From Macrostomum hystrix (taxonomy: Eukaryota > Animalia > Platyhelminthes), in contig CATNEN010000002.1 of the NCBI GenBank assembly GCA_950097015.1, positions 6,944,001 to 7,008,000 of the forward strand: 64,000 bases of DNA, given 5' to 3'. Within the stretch, counting starts at the first letter, position 1. Each line of letters opens with the position of its first letter. Position numbers and translations under genes: made by a program. Positions 1 to 12,246 of the stretch are shown piece after piece. The notes beneath the pieces were generated by a model that was not told the DNA's origin, made no database searches, and saw nothing but the letters and a program-made list of their open reading frames with translations.

Positions 1-396
1 GAGCTCCAGGCGTTTCCTAGGAATGCGCAGACCGCCGAACGGCTGGCTTGGCAGCTGGCGCCAGCGATCCAGGAGGTCGCGAGCAGCGCCGCAGCCGCCG
101 CTGTCAGCCAGGCGCTCCAGTAGCGGCATCACCTGAGCAACATGCTGCACGTAGGTCACTGGCAGACGGTCGAGAGCCAGCACCAGAGTTTCAGCCGCCC
201 TGTCAGTACCGCTAGAGCCCGCGAAGCCATCTGAGGTCGGCTCTGAAACCGACGGGTCCCGAGCGTTGAACTCGCGCAGATAGGAGGCCAGAACGTCGAT
301 GGCGTGACAGCGGCGCAGGGCCTGAAGTCCCGCCGGGCAGGTGCTGCTGGCCACCAGGCCTACAAGCCGCATGCGGGTGTCCCAGTCCAGGCTCTC
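1..396 (-). CDS. SETD2: SETD2 exon 2 (continues past window edge)
   Basis: A phase-0 acceptor ccgcag|GAG AGC at 396 opens a frame to base 1: ESLDWDTRMRLVGLV..LDRLPVT..LLDRWRQLP..LRIPRK. This matches the post-SET helical region of SETD2 proteins (LEHLPI..LLDxWxxL..YRIPK). Confidence 0.85.
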
Positions 397-564
397 CTGC
401 GGTGCATCGTAGCGGGGGTGGCTGGAGCTGCTACAGCCACACACAGTAAGAAAAAGAGAAAAAATCAGAGGAGAAGGAAGGGAAGAACAGTGAAGATTAG
501 GGATAGGAATGAAGTTCTAGGTTGATGAGAATTAGAAGAATAATGATGAAATGGGAAGGAACAT

Positions 565-752
565 GGGGTGAGTGGGAGAGCGGCCTAACGCGCTTGCCTC
601 TCGCGCCCGGAGATCGATGCTACGGCGAGTCGACATTTTATTTGAGGTGCAACCGCAGACAGAAGGCTTTGGATGAGAAAGTCAGGGCAGATGTACACAC
701 ACCAGTGTTTGTGAGTGCTAAGAAGTCAGCGGAATGGGCAGCTGAATTGCCT
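565..752 (+). mobile_element. tRNA-derived SINE, truncated copy (SETD2 intron)
   Basis: The head GGGGTGAGTGGGAGAGCGG and core GATGAGAAAGTCAGGGCAGATGTACAC are shared with the copies at 8411, 34420, 44462 and 53645. Confidence 0.7.
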
Positions 753-1502
753 ACTATTTGAATTGCGGGTCTACTGTCACCAAATGATGTGTCTTCAGCC
801 CCTTTAACAGTAGACCACGGGTACCCATCTTTTTGCTCTTGAAGATTCAAAAATTTAAAGCTTCTAAAACATTAAGCGATTCCCATCGGAGTGTCTGGTG
901 GGAAGAACCACAAATATAGGCATAATATATCTGCTAACAAAATCTCATCATGTAACCATGTTAACGGTATCATTGCTAACTTCTTTGGAATGATAAAATC
1001 GTTAATATTTTAATTTCTGAACCAATATAGCTAGTAGATTCGCCAAAGAAGTTATACAGAGCAATGTTACTTATTCTTGTCACCAGGGTCTTAGACAAGA
1101 ATCGCTGAATATCTCGACGATGATTAAGTCTGACGGCTTTAAAGGTTAACTCATCGAAAAGGACGGAAATGTAGATCCCTAAATGGTGGATTTTTACGAA
1201 AAGTAAGTCATTCGGTTTGGGAGCGATCGTGAAGTAGGCATTTGGTATTTGAAATACACCCAGGGGAAAAAATGACGTGGCATTTCTACGGCTAACGAAA
1301 TGCCGAAACGTCGCTAAAGAATTTCACGTAACAGAGTCGCTTGCGGCGCTGTAGAGAAGTTTGGAGTCGCTCAAGAAGCGCTTCGGTGGTAAATAAGGCC
1401 TTTAAAACTAATTTTCAATCGTTCAAGAAACGGCGCAAGTAAAAAGCTTAAAGCGAGCAAAAAAAGACGAAGGAAGAACAAAGCAAGCGTCCCGGAACTC
1501 AC

Positions 1503-4412
1503 CTGCACCAGCAGGCGCACCAGGCTGCGAGCATCGTCAGCTGACTGCAGGCCTTCAAGCCGCAGCAGTCTGGCAACCTGGCGATCCCTAGCTGCGAAAT
1601 CGCGGGCCTGCACCCGATCCTGCAGCTGCTGACTGCGGCTGCCCATCACGCCGGTGCAGTTCGGGCTGTTGCAGTAGCACTTCTGCAGCTCCCTGCCGTA
1701 CTGCACGAATCCGTAGTCGACTGTCACCTCCTCCCCGGCCGGTATGTCGCGCAAGGCAAAGAATCCAACCCGCTGTTCCCTAGCAACCGTCCATTTTTGA
1801 ATATCGGAGTTTGGCGCGCAGCTGTGGTTGGCGAATCTAGCCCAGTTACCCATTGCGCCAGCGTCAATGATGACATCCGACTCCAGCGACATAAAGTAGT
1901 GATGCGGACAGCCACTCTTCTCATAAGCTACTATTCGTCGTTTAAACTGCGAGAAGTCTATGACTTCGCCAACGTACTCGATGAGGAAAGCGCCAGCTGG
2001 CACATCGGCGGTTGTTTTCAAGCCCCAGCCTTTGGCCGGACCGGCATAAAATGGGGTCAGGGGTGCGTAGCGCCGGTTAGCGAACTGATTGTTGGTGCAG
2101 TAGCTGCCGCAGCCGCACTTGTCAGTGCATTCAATCTGCAACAGGCGGTTCATGCAATCGTCTGTGCAGGCTTCGTAATCCTCGGTTAGCTGGCCTTCAT
2201 CAGTTGGCAGAACGCAGTCGCAGGCCCAGGCACGAAAAGTAAGCTTTGGCTGGCTGCGGCGATAAACATTCGCATCGATGTGCTCGTATTTGGGACGCGG
2301 TGGGCCGCCCGGCTCACATCCGGGAAAGCTGCTAATCTGGCTAGCGGCCTCGTCAGCAACAGGAGAGCCGGAGGGCTCACCCGACCTCAGCGGCTGGTCA
2401 GATTTGGAAGGACTGCACTTCTTTGATTTCTCTGATTTGAAAGCCTTGTCGATGTCTTTTTCCGTCATTGGCGGAGTGGCTGAGGCTGCGCTGTCGGAAG
2501 CAACTGGAGAATCGGACGGCAGCTCCACAGCCGGTTGAAACTGTTCAAGAAAATAAGCAAATGTTGAATGCGGCTTTAAACATTTTGCAAGTTCTGGACC
2601 AACTTGACCATTTTTTATTTTCTCCTGATCGCTATTACCAGATGAATTGGCTGCAAATTGCTTGCTAAAGAATTGGCGATAACGAGACAGCTGATCGTCA
2701 ATTTGCGGCTTTTCGATGGCAACCTGCTGCTGAGGAGTAGGCGCCTGTGCTGGGGGTGGAGGCGGCGGAGGAGGTGGCGGTGGGGGCGGTATAGGTGGCG
2801 GAGGCGGGACGGAAGCTTCTTCACAGTCGGGCGGATCAAGTTGTGGATAGTGCGACTCCATGGCCTGAGGCTGCGCGTACATATAGGCTGCGCCGTAATC
2901 TGAGCTATACGAGACAGGATCGACAGTGGCCTGGAAGTCATTCAGGTAGACATGACCCGGGTAGTCCGCCAGCTGCTGCTGCTGATAAACGTCAAAGGGG
3001 TATTGAGTATGCAAGTAGCCAATCGGAGGAGGTGGCTGCTGCATGTAGAAGCTGGCATACATGCTAGCTGCCTCTATTGGATTTGGCGGCAGAGTTTGCA
3101 TTCCAAAATTAGCCACCATATCTCCAGTAACAACACTAGTTGCCTCAGCTGATCGACGCGGTTCCATCATTATCGGCTTGACGTCAGCTGACGAAGTCGA
3201 CGCTCCACTAGATAATGACCTAGATGTCGATGAAGACACGGACGACGACCGCGCTGTTCGTCGATTGTACCTTCGATAGCTTGGCCTGGGTGATTTTCGG
3301 CGACGGTTAAAAGACGCCGATCGACTTCGACGACGTAGGGATGGACGTTGGACGCGAGACGGTGACTTTGGCCTGGGCCCAGATCGAGACCGTCGACCCG
3401 ATTGCCTAATCAACTTAGACCTTTTCCTCGATGTTGACCTTGACTTCCTTCTTAGACTTGTTTGTTGTCTAGATCTTGATCTTCTCAACCTGGTTTGCTG
3501 TTTCGAAAAAGAATTCGACCTGGACCTCGAGTTTGAACCTCGCCTAATTTTGCGCCTGGCAGTTGATCTTGATCTTGACTTTGACCTCCATCGCCGTCTC
3601 GACCTTGACCCAGATTTCGATCTTCGCCAAGCCCTTGGTCTTGAAATCGATCTAGATCTCGACTTTGGCTTGGATCGCCGTCTCGGACGAGATCTACGCC
3701 TCAATCGCTCTTTTGAATTCGAACGCGACTTTGATTTTAACCTTTCGTGACGCCTTGATCTAGACTGTGATGTTTGCCTGGAGTGCGACCGAGAGTTTGA
3801 CCTAGGTTTGAATCTTCGCTCTGCACTTCTAGACTTAAGCCTTTGCCTACTTTCCGCCGATTTCGCGTTCAAATGCTTATTACAGTGATCCTTCTTGACA
3901 AAGTTTTTAATCTCTTGTCTAGGTTGTGCCACAGCTGCTCTTTGATCCGATGGCGAGTCTCTTTGCTTGCTTATCATCTTCTTATTCTGTTCTTTTGCAT
4001 TAGAACCATTGTGTGCTTTTGCATTAGAACCATTGTGTGCTTTTGCAATAGAAGGTGAAGTCTCTTGATCAGAAATCGAGCTATCCGCCCGGTGTCTGAG
4101 GGCACACTTCAAGCCATTGTGGGCTCTGTCACCACTACGACAGCTACGACTGCGATGTCTGTTGCGCTTGCTTCTGCCCGAGATCTCATGCCGAAGATCA
4201 CACTCATCCAGTTTGCTTGCAGCTGTGCTTTTTCGCTTCCGATCCAAGGTTTCCAAATGTGAGCTATTCTTCAAGTGAACATCGACTGTAGCGTGCCCTG
4301 ATTTGCTATGTTTCGCGACTGTCTTGATGGAATCAGGCGAAGATCTCTTTGTTTTAGACTCGCTTTGCTGATTTGAAGAATGATTTTCTGGTTTAGACAA
4401 TTTGGTATCCAT
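1503..4412 (-). CDS. SETD2: SETD2/Set2 histone H3K36 methyltransferase, exon 1 (RS-rich N-terminus, poly-Pro, AWS-SET-postSET)
   Basis: ORF 1371..4412 contains the AWS (CDCVLP..CTDDCMNRLLQIEC), SET (GWGL..EYVGEV..NWARFANHSCAPN..EEVTVDY) and post-SET (CYCNSPNCTG) motifs. A CAG|GTGAGT donor at 1503/1502 is phase 0, so the ORF tail after LLVQ is intron read-through. Confidence 0.93.
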
Positions 4413-5102
4413 TTTTTGATGCAGTGGACATTGTGCAATTCAGAAAGCCAAATTATTTGATAAACCTATAGCTAACAAAAAATCCACTGACAGCAACTTA
4501 TTTGTGGCAATGCCAAGGCCTAAGTAAAGTGATACTTGCTTTACCAGAGCACCAAATTGTGGCTTGAGGTCTGAAATAGTAAAAATTATAATTTAAAGGC
4601 ATAAATTCTAATAGAATATATTTAAACAGTACAGAAGTCATTTGAATTCAAAGTACAGGTGCTTCTAAAAATTAGTAAAATTCTGAACAACTAGCCTTAC
4701 AAAATTTATAGAAATTATTCTTTTTGACATACATGTTCAATATTGCTTTAATTTTATATAGAAGCATATGTACATAATGTACCTCAGATAAAATGCTTTT
4801 ATGTGATATTATGCTACAGGCCTTTTGACATATCGTTTTTGCTATAGGCGCTTTATACATTCATAACTGAAGTGGATCTATCTAGTATTTTATGCTGATA
4901 TTGTCAAGTTTGCCATATTACTATTATCATAGTACCATGGTAATAAAATACTTTAAAATGGTACCATGCTGAATTAGCTTATGTTTAAGAATCAAGATAA
5001 ATATGCTCTAGATCTTAAAGATCCTTTCTAATCTCCAGAGTCTAGACTTAGTATATGGCTATAGGCCTAATACTAGTATAATTCTTAGAATAAGTATTAG
5101 TA

Positions 5103-6259
5103 CAAGGGGTGTTGCAAAAGTTTCCAGACTGTGGATCTTGTGCAAGAATGAAATGTCCAAATGAGCTGAAATTTTCCTCAATACCTCTTACACATATGCT
5201 CTATTGAATGGTAAAGCAGCATAACAATTAAACATACGGAACAAAAACTTATAGCCATTAAATACATGTACACATTAATTTTTTAATACAATTGGAAAAT
5301 CATTTGACTAACACCAATAATTCAATAAGAACAAGGGTTCCAGACTTGCTGATTAGGGAAAGGTAATTTTAAAGTTTATTACCATAAAAGATAAAGCAGC
5401 TAAGCATAAGCCATAGACATTTTTGTTATTTTTTCATGTCATTTGGGAAGTGCAAGAAATCAATCAAAGCACAGAGTGACTTCCACTTCTCAGCTAATAT
5501 TTTTTTACTTACTCAAACAAATTGATAAATCAGCCAAAAATATGTTTGAATTAGGACCAAGAGAAAGAGTAACCAATTATGGATTTTTCCTTGCATGCAG
5601 GCTTACAACAAGTAAATCACTTAGCCTATAATCCAGACCTTGCCATCACTGACCTACATCTGTTTGATCTAATGAAGATGTCCATCCAAGGCAAAGTTGT
5701 TACCACATGTGAGCAGGTTATTATTGCTGACAAAAACACTACATCATCTGGATGCAACATTCTGAGAGACTGGCTTGAATAAACTTGAAAGAAACATAAA
5801 AGTTTGCAGATTGTATTTAAAAAATCATGTGTACATGTTTTAAATGGCTATACATTTTGTTTATCTAAAAAAATATATACTGGTATGTCTAATTACTATG
5901 TTGCTTTATAATTCAATAAAGCAGGTGTTTAAAGGGTAGTGGGCCATATTCATGAAGGTGGCACTGTGCACTAGAACAGTTTTTGGGGCACAAACTGTGC
6001 ACCATGTGTACACTGCATATGCAAACATTGCCAAGGACCACTATGTGAGCCATGTTATAATGCACCATGTTGTGCCAAAGACCACTGTGTGCCATGATTG
6101 TATGCTGAGTATGCTGGGTACCACTGGTGTGCACTGGAATTTTCCATGACAAATGCCACCTTCCTTACTATAGGTAGTGAGTTCATGAGCTCAGAGCTCA
6201 TTTGGACATTCCATTCCTACATAGCAACCAGAGTCCAAAAACTTTTGTAACACCCCTTG
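5103..6259 (+). mobile_element. Degenerate Tc1/mariner element
   Basis: TA-flanked TIRs CAAGGGGTGTTGCAAAAGTT / ACTTTTGTAACACCCCTTG, with further inverted similarity (gaaatgtccaaatgagct / gagctcatttggacattcc). A transposase relic AYNPDLAITDLHLF near 5620-5665 matches the mariner YSPDLAPxDxHLF motif. Confidence 0.85.
5946..6173. mobile_element. MITE nested in the mariner, same family as 7400..8344, CpG-decayed
   Basis: Ends CCATATTCATGAAGGTGGC / GCCACCTTCCTTACTATAGG resemble the TIR of the 7400 element. Confidence 0.55.
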
Positions 6260-6488
6260 TATAAGTAATGCTAACTAGGTTTTTTAGGTCTTTAAACTCC
6301 TAATCCTAACCTCATTTTAATTCTATTAGTGTTGGCCCTAGGTCCAAGATCAATAAAACAGCTAAATATCTCAGATCCACATCTTTATGTTAAAGTATTA
6401 TTTAAATACAATAAATAGGCCTACATTATTGTACTGCCTATTAGCACAATGCTATTCTACAATCATTGCAATCTATTTGTATCTCACT

Positions 6489-6769
6489 CATACATGCGCA
6501 ACCTCCCAAATCTTAGCCGGCCGCGCAACTTAGTTTTTGCTCTTATTTGCGACTTAGTTCATTTCATTGCTCTATTTACGACCTAGTTTGCTCTCATTTG
6601 CTCTCTTTTTCTCTCCCCTTTTTCCTTTTCTTCACACCTTCCTTTTTTGTCCTTTGGTCCCCCCTTTGATTTTTTTGCGCTTGGTCTATTGGTTTTTGCG
6701 ACTTACCTTGCTTGGCCCTCGTTTCACCTGGCCGGTTCGGCCAGGTCGGCCAAGTATTGCGCATGTATG
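6489..6769. mobile_element. hAT-type MITE (281 bp)
   Basis: Perfect 13-bp TIR CATACATGCGCAA / TTGCGCATGTATG and perfect 8-bp TSD ATCTCACT (6481-6488, 6770-6777). Confidence 0.85.
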
Positions 6770-7399
6770 ATCTCACTTAAAAAATAGTACTAGCTATCTA
6801 GTCACAACTGCATGGCCCAAAAATTTGACTTAGTGGAGAAATACTTTCTACCTCTATCTACAGAAGCAGAGAGAAAATGCTCTCATTAGCAGGCAAGCAA
6901 TGTCTCCCCTATGCTGGCCATATGCCGAAGAAAATTGACATGTTTTCCTCATTCTATGCCAAATTATGCAAAGTGGAAAAGGCCCCAAAGTTTTTTGCCA
7001 AATTATGCAATCAGAAAAGGGTGCCTAGGATTTAGAAAAAATATAAAATAGCATTACTATAATGCTTTAAATTTATGACTAACCAAAAATTGGTATAATG
7101 ACAAAGAACAAAAAGATGAGCAATAAAATATGATATGTAAAGTTTTGTCTAAGAAGCTCTGTTAAAAACAACAACAAAAATTAATGTAAAGTTAATGAAT
7201 TTACATTAAAAAAATATACTGCATACTTGGCAACCAAAATTGTATCATAACAAAGTCAACAACTTATTTCTTACTCTATCCAAAGTCTAAACTTTGGATA
7301 GAGTAAGTTTTGCTACAGTTAATTTACAACATTTAACTGTAAATATAGGCCTATGCCAATGCTTTTGTTTGGACATTTTACAACAAATAGGGCCTATGT

Positions 7400-8344
7400 C
7401 CCATAGTCAGGAAGGTGGCATGTGTACGCTGGAATGAAATTCAGGCAGGGCTACCTATGTATGCCAAATGTAACCATATGTACGCCGAATATACCGTAAT
7501 GCACGCCGAATATACCGTAATGCACCCATGCACGCCGATTAGTTAATTGTTTATCGGCTTATTAGGACACTGAATGGACACCGATGAACGGACATCGCGA
7601 GTCCTGAGTGCAGCGCCGGTCGATAACTTTGCTGATGTCATACTTGTCAGCACCTCGACCTCTAGAGCCATTTGAATTCAGAATTTTGAGTTTGCAGCAA
7701 CAGAGTAAGCCAGTAAAGCCAAAGGTGGTAATTAATACAATTTAGCAGATTCAGACATTCATTCTGCTTCTAACATTGTCGACATCACGACATGTATCCG
7801 TGTATGGTGTATTATAATAAAGTAAAAACCTTCCGTTGCATCGAATATTCGACAAGTTTGGTTGTTATACTATACCAACAAGTTTAGTCTTTTTTAATTT
7901 TTTAACTGAAGATGTTAAAATTACCATTTTAAACTATTTTATGTCATTTTAACTTATTTTAACTCATTACAACCAATTTTTTGGTTGGTGTAAGTCTGGC
8001 GTAAGTGCCAAAAAATGTTGGATTTTTCCTCTGGCGTAAGTCCAGCATGATCCGGACTATGGCTCATTCTAAGCAACTCGAACACACCCAAAGATTACCG
8101 TCAAGTTTTGGCACAGATTTGAATAAGAATATATGGTAGACATAATAGAGAATTAGCACTGCCTCATATGCCAACCTTATATCCCATATCATGCCACATA
8201 TTTGCGGCGTACATGGCATATGCTAAATGTACGCCAACTGTTGCAAGGCAGACCAAATGTATGCCGAATGTACGCCGAATATCTTTGGCTATGCCTATGC
8301 ACGCTGGAATTTTCGACGAAAAAGGCCACCTTCCTGACTATGGG
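7400..8344. mobile_element. Non-autonomous DNA transposon (945 bp)
   Basis: Perfect 20-bp TIR CCCATAGTCAGGAAGGTGGC / GCCACCTTCCTGACTATGGG with subterminal ACGCCGAAT-type repeats. Superfamily not assigned. Confidence 0.8.
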
Positions 8345-8410
8345 CTATGCCAATGTGATTTTGGTGTCCAAGTTTAAAATTTTTGGTATAAATTATATGA
8401 TACAATGATA

Positions 8411-8777
8411 ATAATAATAATAATAATAATTGCAGGACGGCTGCCGGCAATGACACATAGTTTGGTGACACTAGACCCGCAGCCAGCGAGGAGGCAATTC
8501 TGCCCATTTCACTGACTCCTAAGCACACATGCATACAGATACCGTACGCAGGCATATGCTCACAGGTGTGTACATCTGCCCTGACTTTCTCATCGTCAGG
8601 CTGTGTACACTTGAACTGTGCCTTGGAGGTTGGCCCTCAAGGGCGTAAATTGCACGAAAAGCCCCCAAGCCTTCTCTCCATGGCTGCGCCCCAAATAAAT
8701 GTGGCCTCGCCATGGAATCGAACTTAGGGACTGTGGTGCGAGTGGCAAACGCGTTAACCGCTCTGCCACCGACCCCC
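8411..8777 (-). mobile_element. Full-length tRNA-derived SINE
   Basis: The minus-strand head GGGGGTCGGTGGCAGAGCGGTTAACGCG carries an A box, followed by a GTTCGATTC B box. It has an (ATT)n tail and a 15-bp TSD TATGATACAATGATA on both sides. Confidence 0.88.
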
Positions 8778-10059
8778 TATGATACAATGATACAATATGA
8801 TCAGCAGGTAGGCCTAACCAATGTACTACAAGCAGAGAAATAGGCCTCCTTTGCTTCCTTTTAGCAAAGAACCAAGGCCCCCTTTAACAGAGAACAAATG
8901 AGTCAAATGACAATTTAGCAGAGTCTAACCCCTCCTTTAGCTAAGAAAATTTTCCTTTTTTTCTTTGTCCAACCCAAATGGACAGCCAAAATCAGGGACA
9001 AGACAATTCAGTCATAGATAATTCAGCAATGGACATGTAAGTAACAAGAAATATTTGCATTAGTAGGCCTAACACTATCACTCAGTACATTTAGGTAAGA
9101 CACTGAGACATTTAGGTAACAAAAAAGTTTAACCTGTCTGTTATGTAGATTTAATTCTATGCAAACTATTTAGTGCTTTTTAATCTCATCAAAGACAGAT
9201 AGATAGACATAAAGACAAAGACAAAAAACTGACCTTACATAAGAGACTTAGTATAATTGAATAAATATATGGAATTGGAATAGAATAGTGGATGGAGTAT
9301 ATTTGGAAGGAATTGAGAGAGTTCCAGAGGGGATGAAATCGATGGATGCACAGCACAACAGCATAGCCTACAGAGGCAAGGCAACAAGTTTCTAGAAAGA
9401 AGCCTTTATTTTATCAATTGAATGCAGTGCATATAGAACTTCAAAGTAAAAAATGAAATAGGTAGTGAAAAACGAATATATTCTGACATCTATTAACTTG
9501 CTTTTTTAGTTTTGGGACTGAATATTCATGGTCATGTTGGCATTTACATCTAGTAGATACATGTTAATACGTGAATCGTGAAGTACGTGAAACTTGGAAT
9601 GAATTCTCAACTTCCAGAAAATAAAGGAGTAAAACTTTATTTATTCCTGTTACATATTATTCTTCCCGAACCCTATTTCAGTTCACATTTTGCATTCCTA
9701 CCAATAAAATCTGCTTCTAATATTCTCTCACTTTACCAGAAATAAAAATAAATATAAATAAAACTTCTTCACGTATTTTTAGACTGCTTTAAAACATATT
9801 TTAAAATATGTTCTGGTTGCATGCTCGAATTCGAGCAGGCCAACTGCCCCAGACCCGCCTACTATCGTCACCGCATTGCTACCAGAGAGGAGTGTGCTTG
9901 CCGTCTATGTGAAGGACCTGTAGACCAGTTCTACGTCCTTTATTCTTCCCAGCTCCCGGCTTCTACTTACCAAATTCAGAATCAAAAGTTTTGATAACCT
10001 CACAATGGTGCCGAAGTGGTGAAAAATGAGGGCGTTTGAATGGCGCAACTTTTAAGCGG

Positions 10060-10460
10060 CACCCCGCCTACAACAACAACGACAAGTCAAAGATGCAGTA
10101 TCAGATGGCGCGCCACAGAGCCAGCGTGTGAACAAAGTCCGCCTCGTTGGCTGTATAGTGTTTGGCGCCCCGGCGTCGCTTATATTTTAGCTGGCAGTCG
10201 ACATAGCGGAGGGTCCGAGCATGGCCACGCCTGAACTGGCCCTGCAAGGTGAGCAGCAGAACTCCTGGACACGTTGGCGGCAGTAATTTTCAGCCACATT
10301 GGCCCGCTAGTCGAAGTCGACGCAAGGACAACTGAAGTTACGCTATACTCGTATATAGGAATAATTCAGTTGTTCTTGAGTCGATGCTGGCGCAGGATGG
10401 TGTAGCCGTGTCATCGTCCACGACTCGGCGACGGCGTTGTACAGCAGGACGGGAATTTCG
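10060..10460 (-). mobile_element. 3' end of a non-LTR retrotransposon (RTE/L2-like), decayed
   Basis: Minus-strand pieces translate as IPVLLYNA..ESWTMT, RQHRLRLAG and VLLLTLQGQFRRGHARTLRYVDC..LALWRAI*, typical of the C-terminal RT tail of such LINEs. A (TTG)n tail follows. Confidence 0.65.
10323..10378. mobile_element. 56-bp micro-MITE inserted in the LINE
   Basis: 14-bp TIR CAAGGACAACTGAA / TTCAGTTGTTCTTG (1 mismatch) and 8-bp TSD AGTCGACG / AGTCGATG. Removing it restores the LINE frame RQHRLRLAG. Confidence 0.8.
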
Positions 10461-10532
10461 AGGAAAAAATTATTAGAGACAATCTCCACCACTTTAAAAG
10501 TTCGAATATTATAAATTACTTAAATATTGAAT

Positions 10533-10701
10533 TGTAAGGTATCGTCCATCTACGCTATGTACATTCTCGCATGTGCATCGTGCAACGTACGTGCTGGGGT
10601 GCGTGTCGGAGCCACCCCAAAGCTTTCAAATATAAACCTGCAGTCAGCTTAGGCTGTCTCTCATATGGGCTTCGTGCCTACCTAAACGCTATAGTCTTAC
10701 A
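10533..10701 (+). mobile_element. 5' LTR of Ty3/Gypsy element (169 bp)
   Basis: Bounded by TGTAAG...CTTACA and followed immediately by the PBS TGGTGGCAGCGGT (10703-10715), complementary to the 3' end of tRNA-Leu (..ACCGCTGCCACCA). Confidence 0.8.
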
Positions 10702-10742
10702 TTGGTGGCAGCGGTAACTCAGCTTGATAATCTCAACTCACC

Positions 10743-11879
10743 ATGGCATCCAAAGAAAATGCACTTTTACCGCCGAAGTTTTCTGGCTCTGCAGATATTG
10801 ATGTGAACATGTGGCTGCAGATGTTCGAGGACTTCGCTGCTGATTCCGGCTGGGACGACAGGAAAATGGCGTCCAAAATCAAGTTGCTTCTGAACGGAGA
10901 AGCAATGTGTTCGTCTGGGACCTCAAGGACGACCAGAAGACGAGCTACAAAAGCATCAAGGAGCAGCTGACGACTTTCTACAGCAGCAAGGAGAATGCAT
11001 TCCGCGCCATGACTGAGCTGAAGAGCAGGAAGCGACAGCCAGGAGAGTCTCTTAGAGAGCTGTGCTTCTCGCTCAAGCTGCTGCACCGCAAAGCCCGCCC
11101 AAACCACAGCCAAGACGTCAGAAATCAGGAGGTGAGGCACCGACTGCTGACGCTGTTACCAAGGGACATCCGAGAGTCGTTGCTGAAGCAGCCCGACTGC
11201 AACGAAACAGTCCGGAGGCGCTGGCGGACCGCGTCACAGCGCTGGAGAGCATCGGCTGCAACAAAGGCGCCTCCACGACCGTAGCGGCAACTACAGCGGC
11301 CAATCCGATGGCAGATCAGCTAGCGCGAAAAAAATTGGTTCAGTCAGTCAAGAAAACTAGTCAAAAAGTATTAAAACTGTGCGAGATAGAAATCAGGTGG
11401 TCTCCGAGTGCGTGCCGAGCGCCTCGGCTCAGCGGTAGGTGGTTCATCAAGCAGATCTGCCCAGGCCTTCCGGCCTGTTGTCATCTTCAGCAGGCTGCAC
11501 CGGCACGGGAGCAGGAGCAACTCATAAGAGCTGGCCGCCACTGTTGCGACCATCGGCATGCGAGGAGGACAGCGCAGCGGAGGAAGAGGACGAGGCGGCA
11601 CCCGAGTTCGAGGTAGCGGCCGAGGCAAGTGTTTTAATTGCCAGCAGACCGGGCACTTCGATGCACAGTGTCCAGTCCGGCAGCTCAAATCAGCTCAGCC
11701 TCAAGTCTGCGCTCGCTGCCACGGCAAAGGGCATCGGGACGAGGTCTGCCCGACACCGACTTCGGGAAACTTCTGAGGACTGGTGACTGCGGGCCATCAC
11801 CAGCCCTGCTTAGCAAGGCCCAAGCCGCTTCAATTTTCGTTCCCGGAAAAATCGCTGATCAACCATGCCGCATGGTTTT
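10743..11879 (+). pseudogene. Ty3/Gypsy gag (frameshifted) with two CCHC zinc knuckles and the first residues of the protease
   Basis: Segments MASKENALLPPKFSG..WLQMFE, KRQPGESLRE, CFNCQQTGHFDAQC and CARCHGKGHRDEVC are split across frames. IFVPGKIADQPCRMV ends just before the expected DTG, where a MITE interrupts. Confidence 0.85.
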
Positions 11880-12246
11880 CCGCATGGTTTTCCGCATAGT
11901 TTTTTTTCCCTATATGTTATATGTTTTTTTGCTATATGTTATCATAGACAACCATATCATACAAGTTAATGTCACATGCTACTACAGACAACTATAATAC
12001 AAGATTATATGATACTAGGTCATATCTTACCAGATCATGCTGGCCCATATCATACCATAACATGCCATATAATACAAAATCATGTCATATGCTAACATAT
12101 AGACTACTTCATCATACAATATTAATACTATACCAGGTCATATCATACCATCCATTAAATTAAATTACAGTTTCACAGTAATTTTTACACCATACAAAAT
12201 TTTTCTTATTTTTACACGAAAAAAAACCGTGCGGAAAACCATGCGG
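11880..12246. mobile_element. MITE truncating the Gypsy element
   Basis: ~28-bp TIR CCGCATGGTTTTCCGCATAGTTTTTTT / AAAAAAACCGTGCGGAAAACCATGCGG around an AT-rich interior. Confidence 0.7.

Noticed and set aside
10191-10248. Apparent orphan plus-strand exon tttag|..ATG GCC ACG CCT GAA CTG GCC CTG CAA G|gtgagc
   Set aside because: It is the antisense of the LINE tail (LLTLQGQFRRGHARTLRYVDC), and no partner exon was found.
10316-10385. Conserved miRNA gene
   Set aside because: I recognise no known mature miRNA, and the TIR, 8-bp TSD and interruption of a LINE frame explain the hairpin as a MITE.
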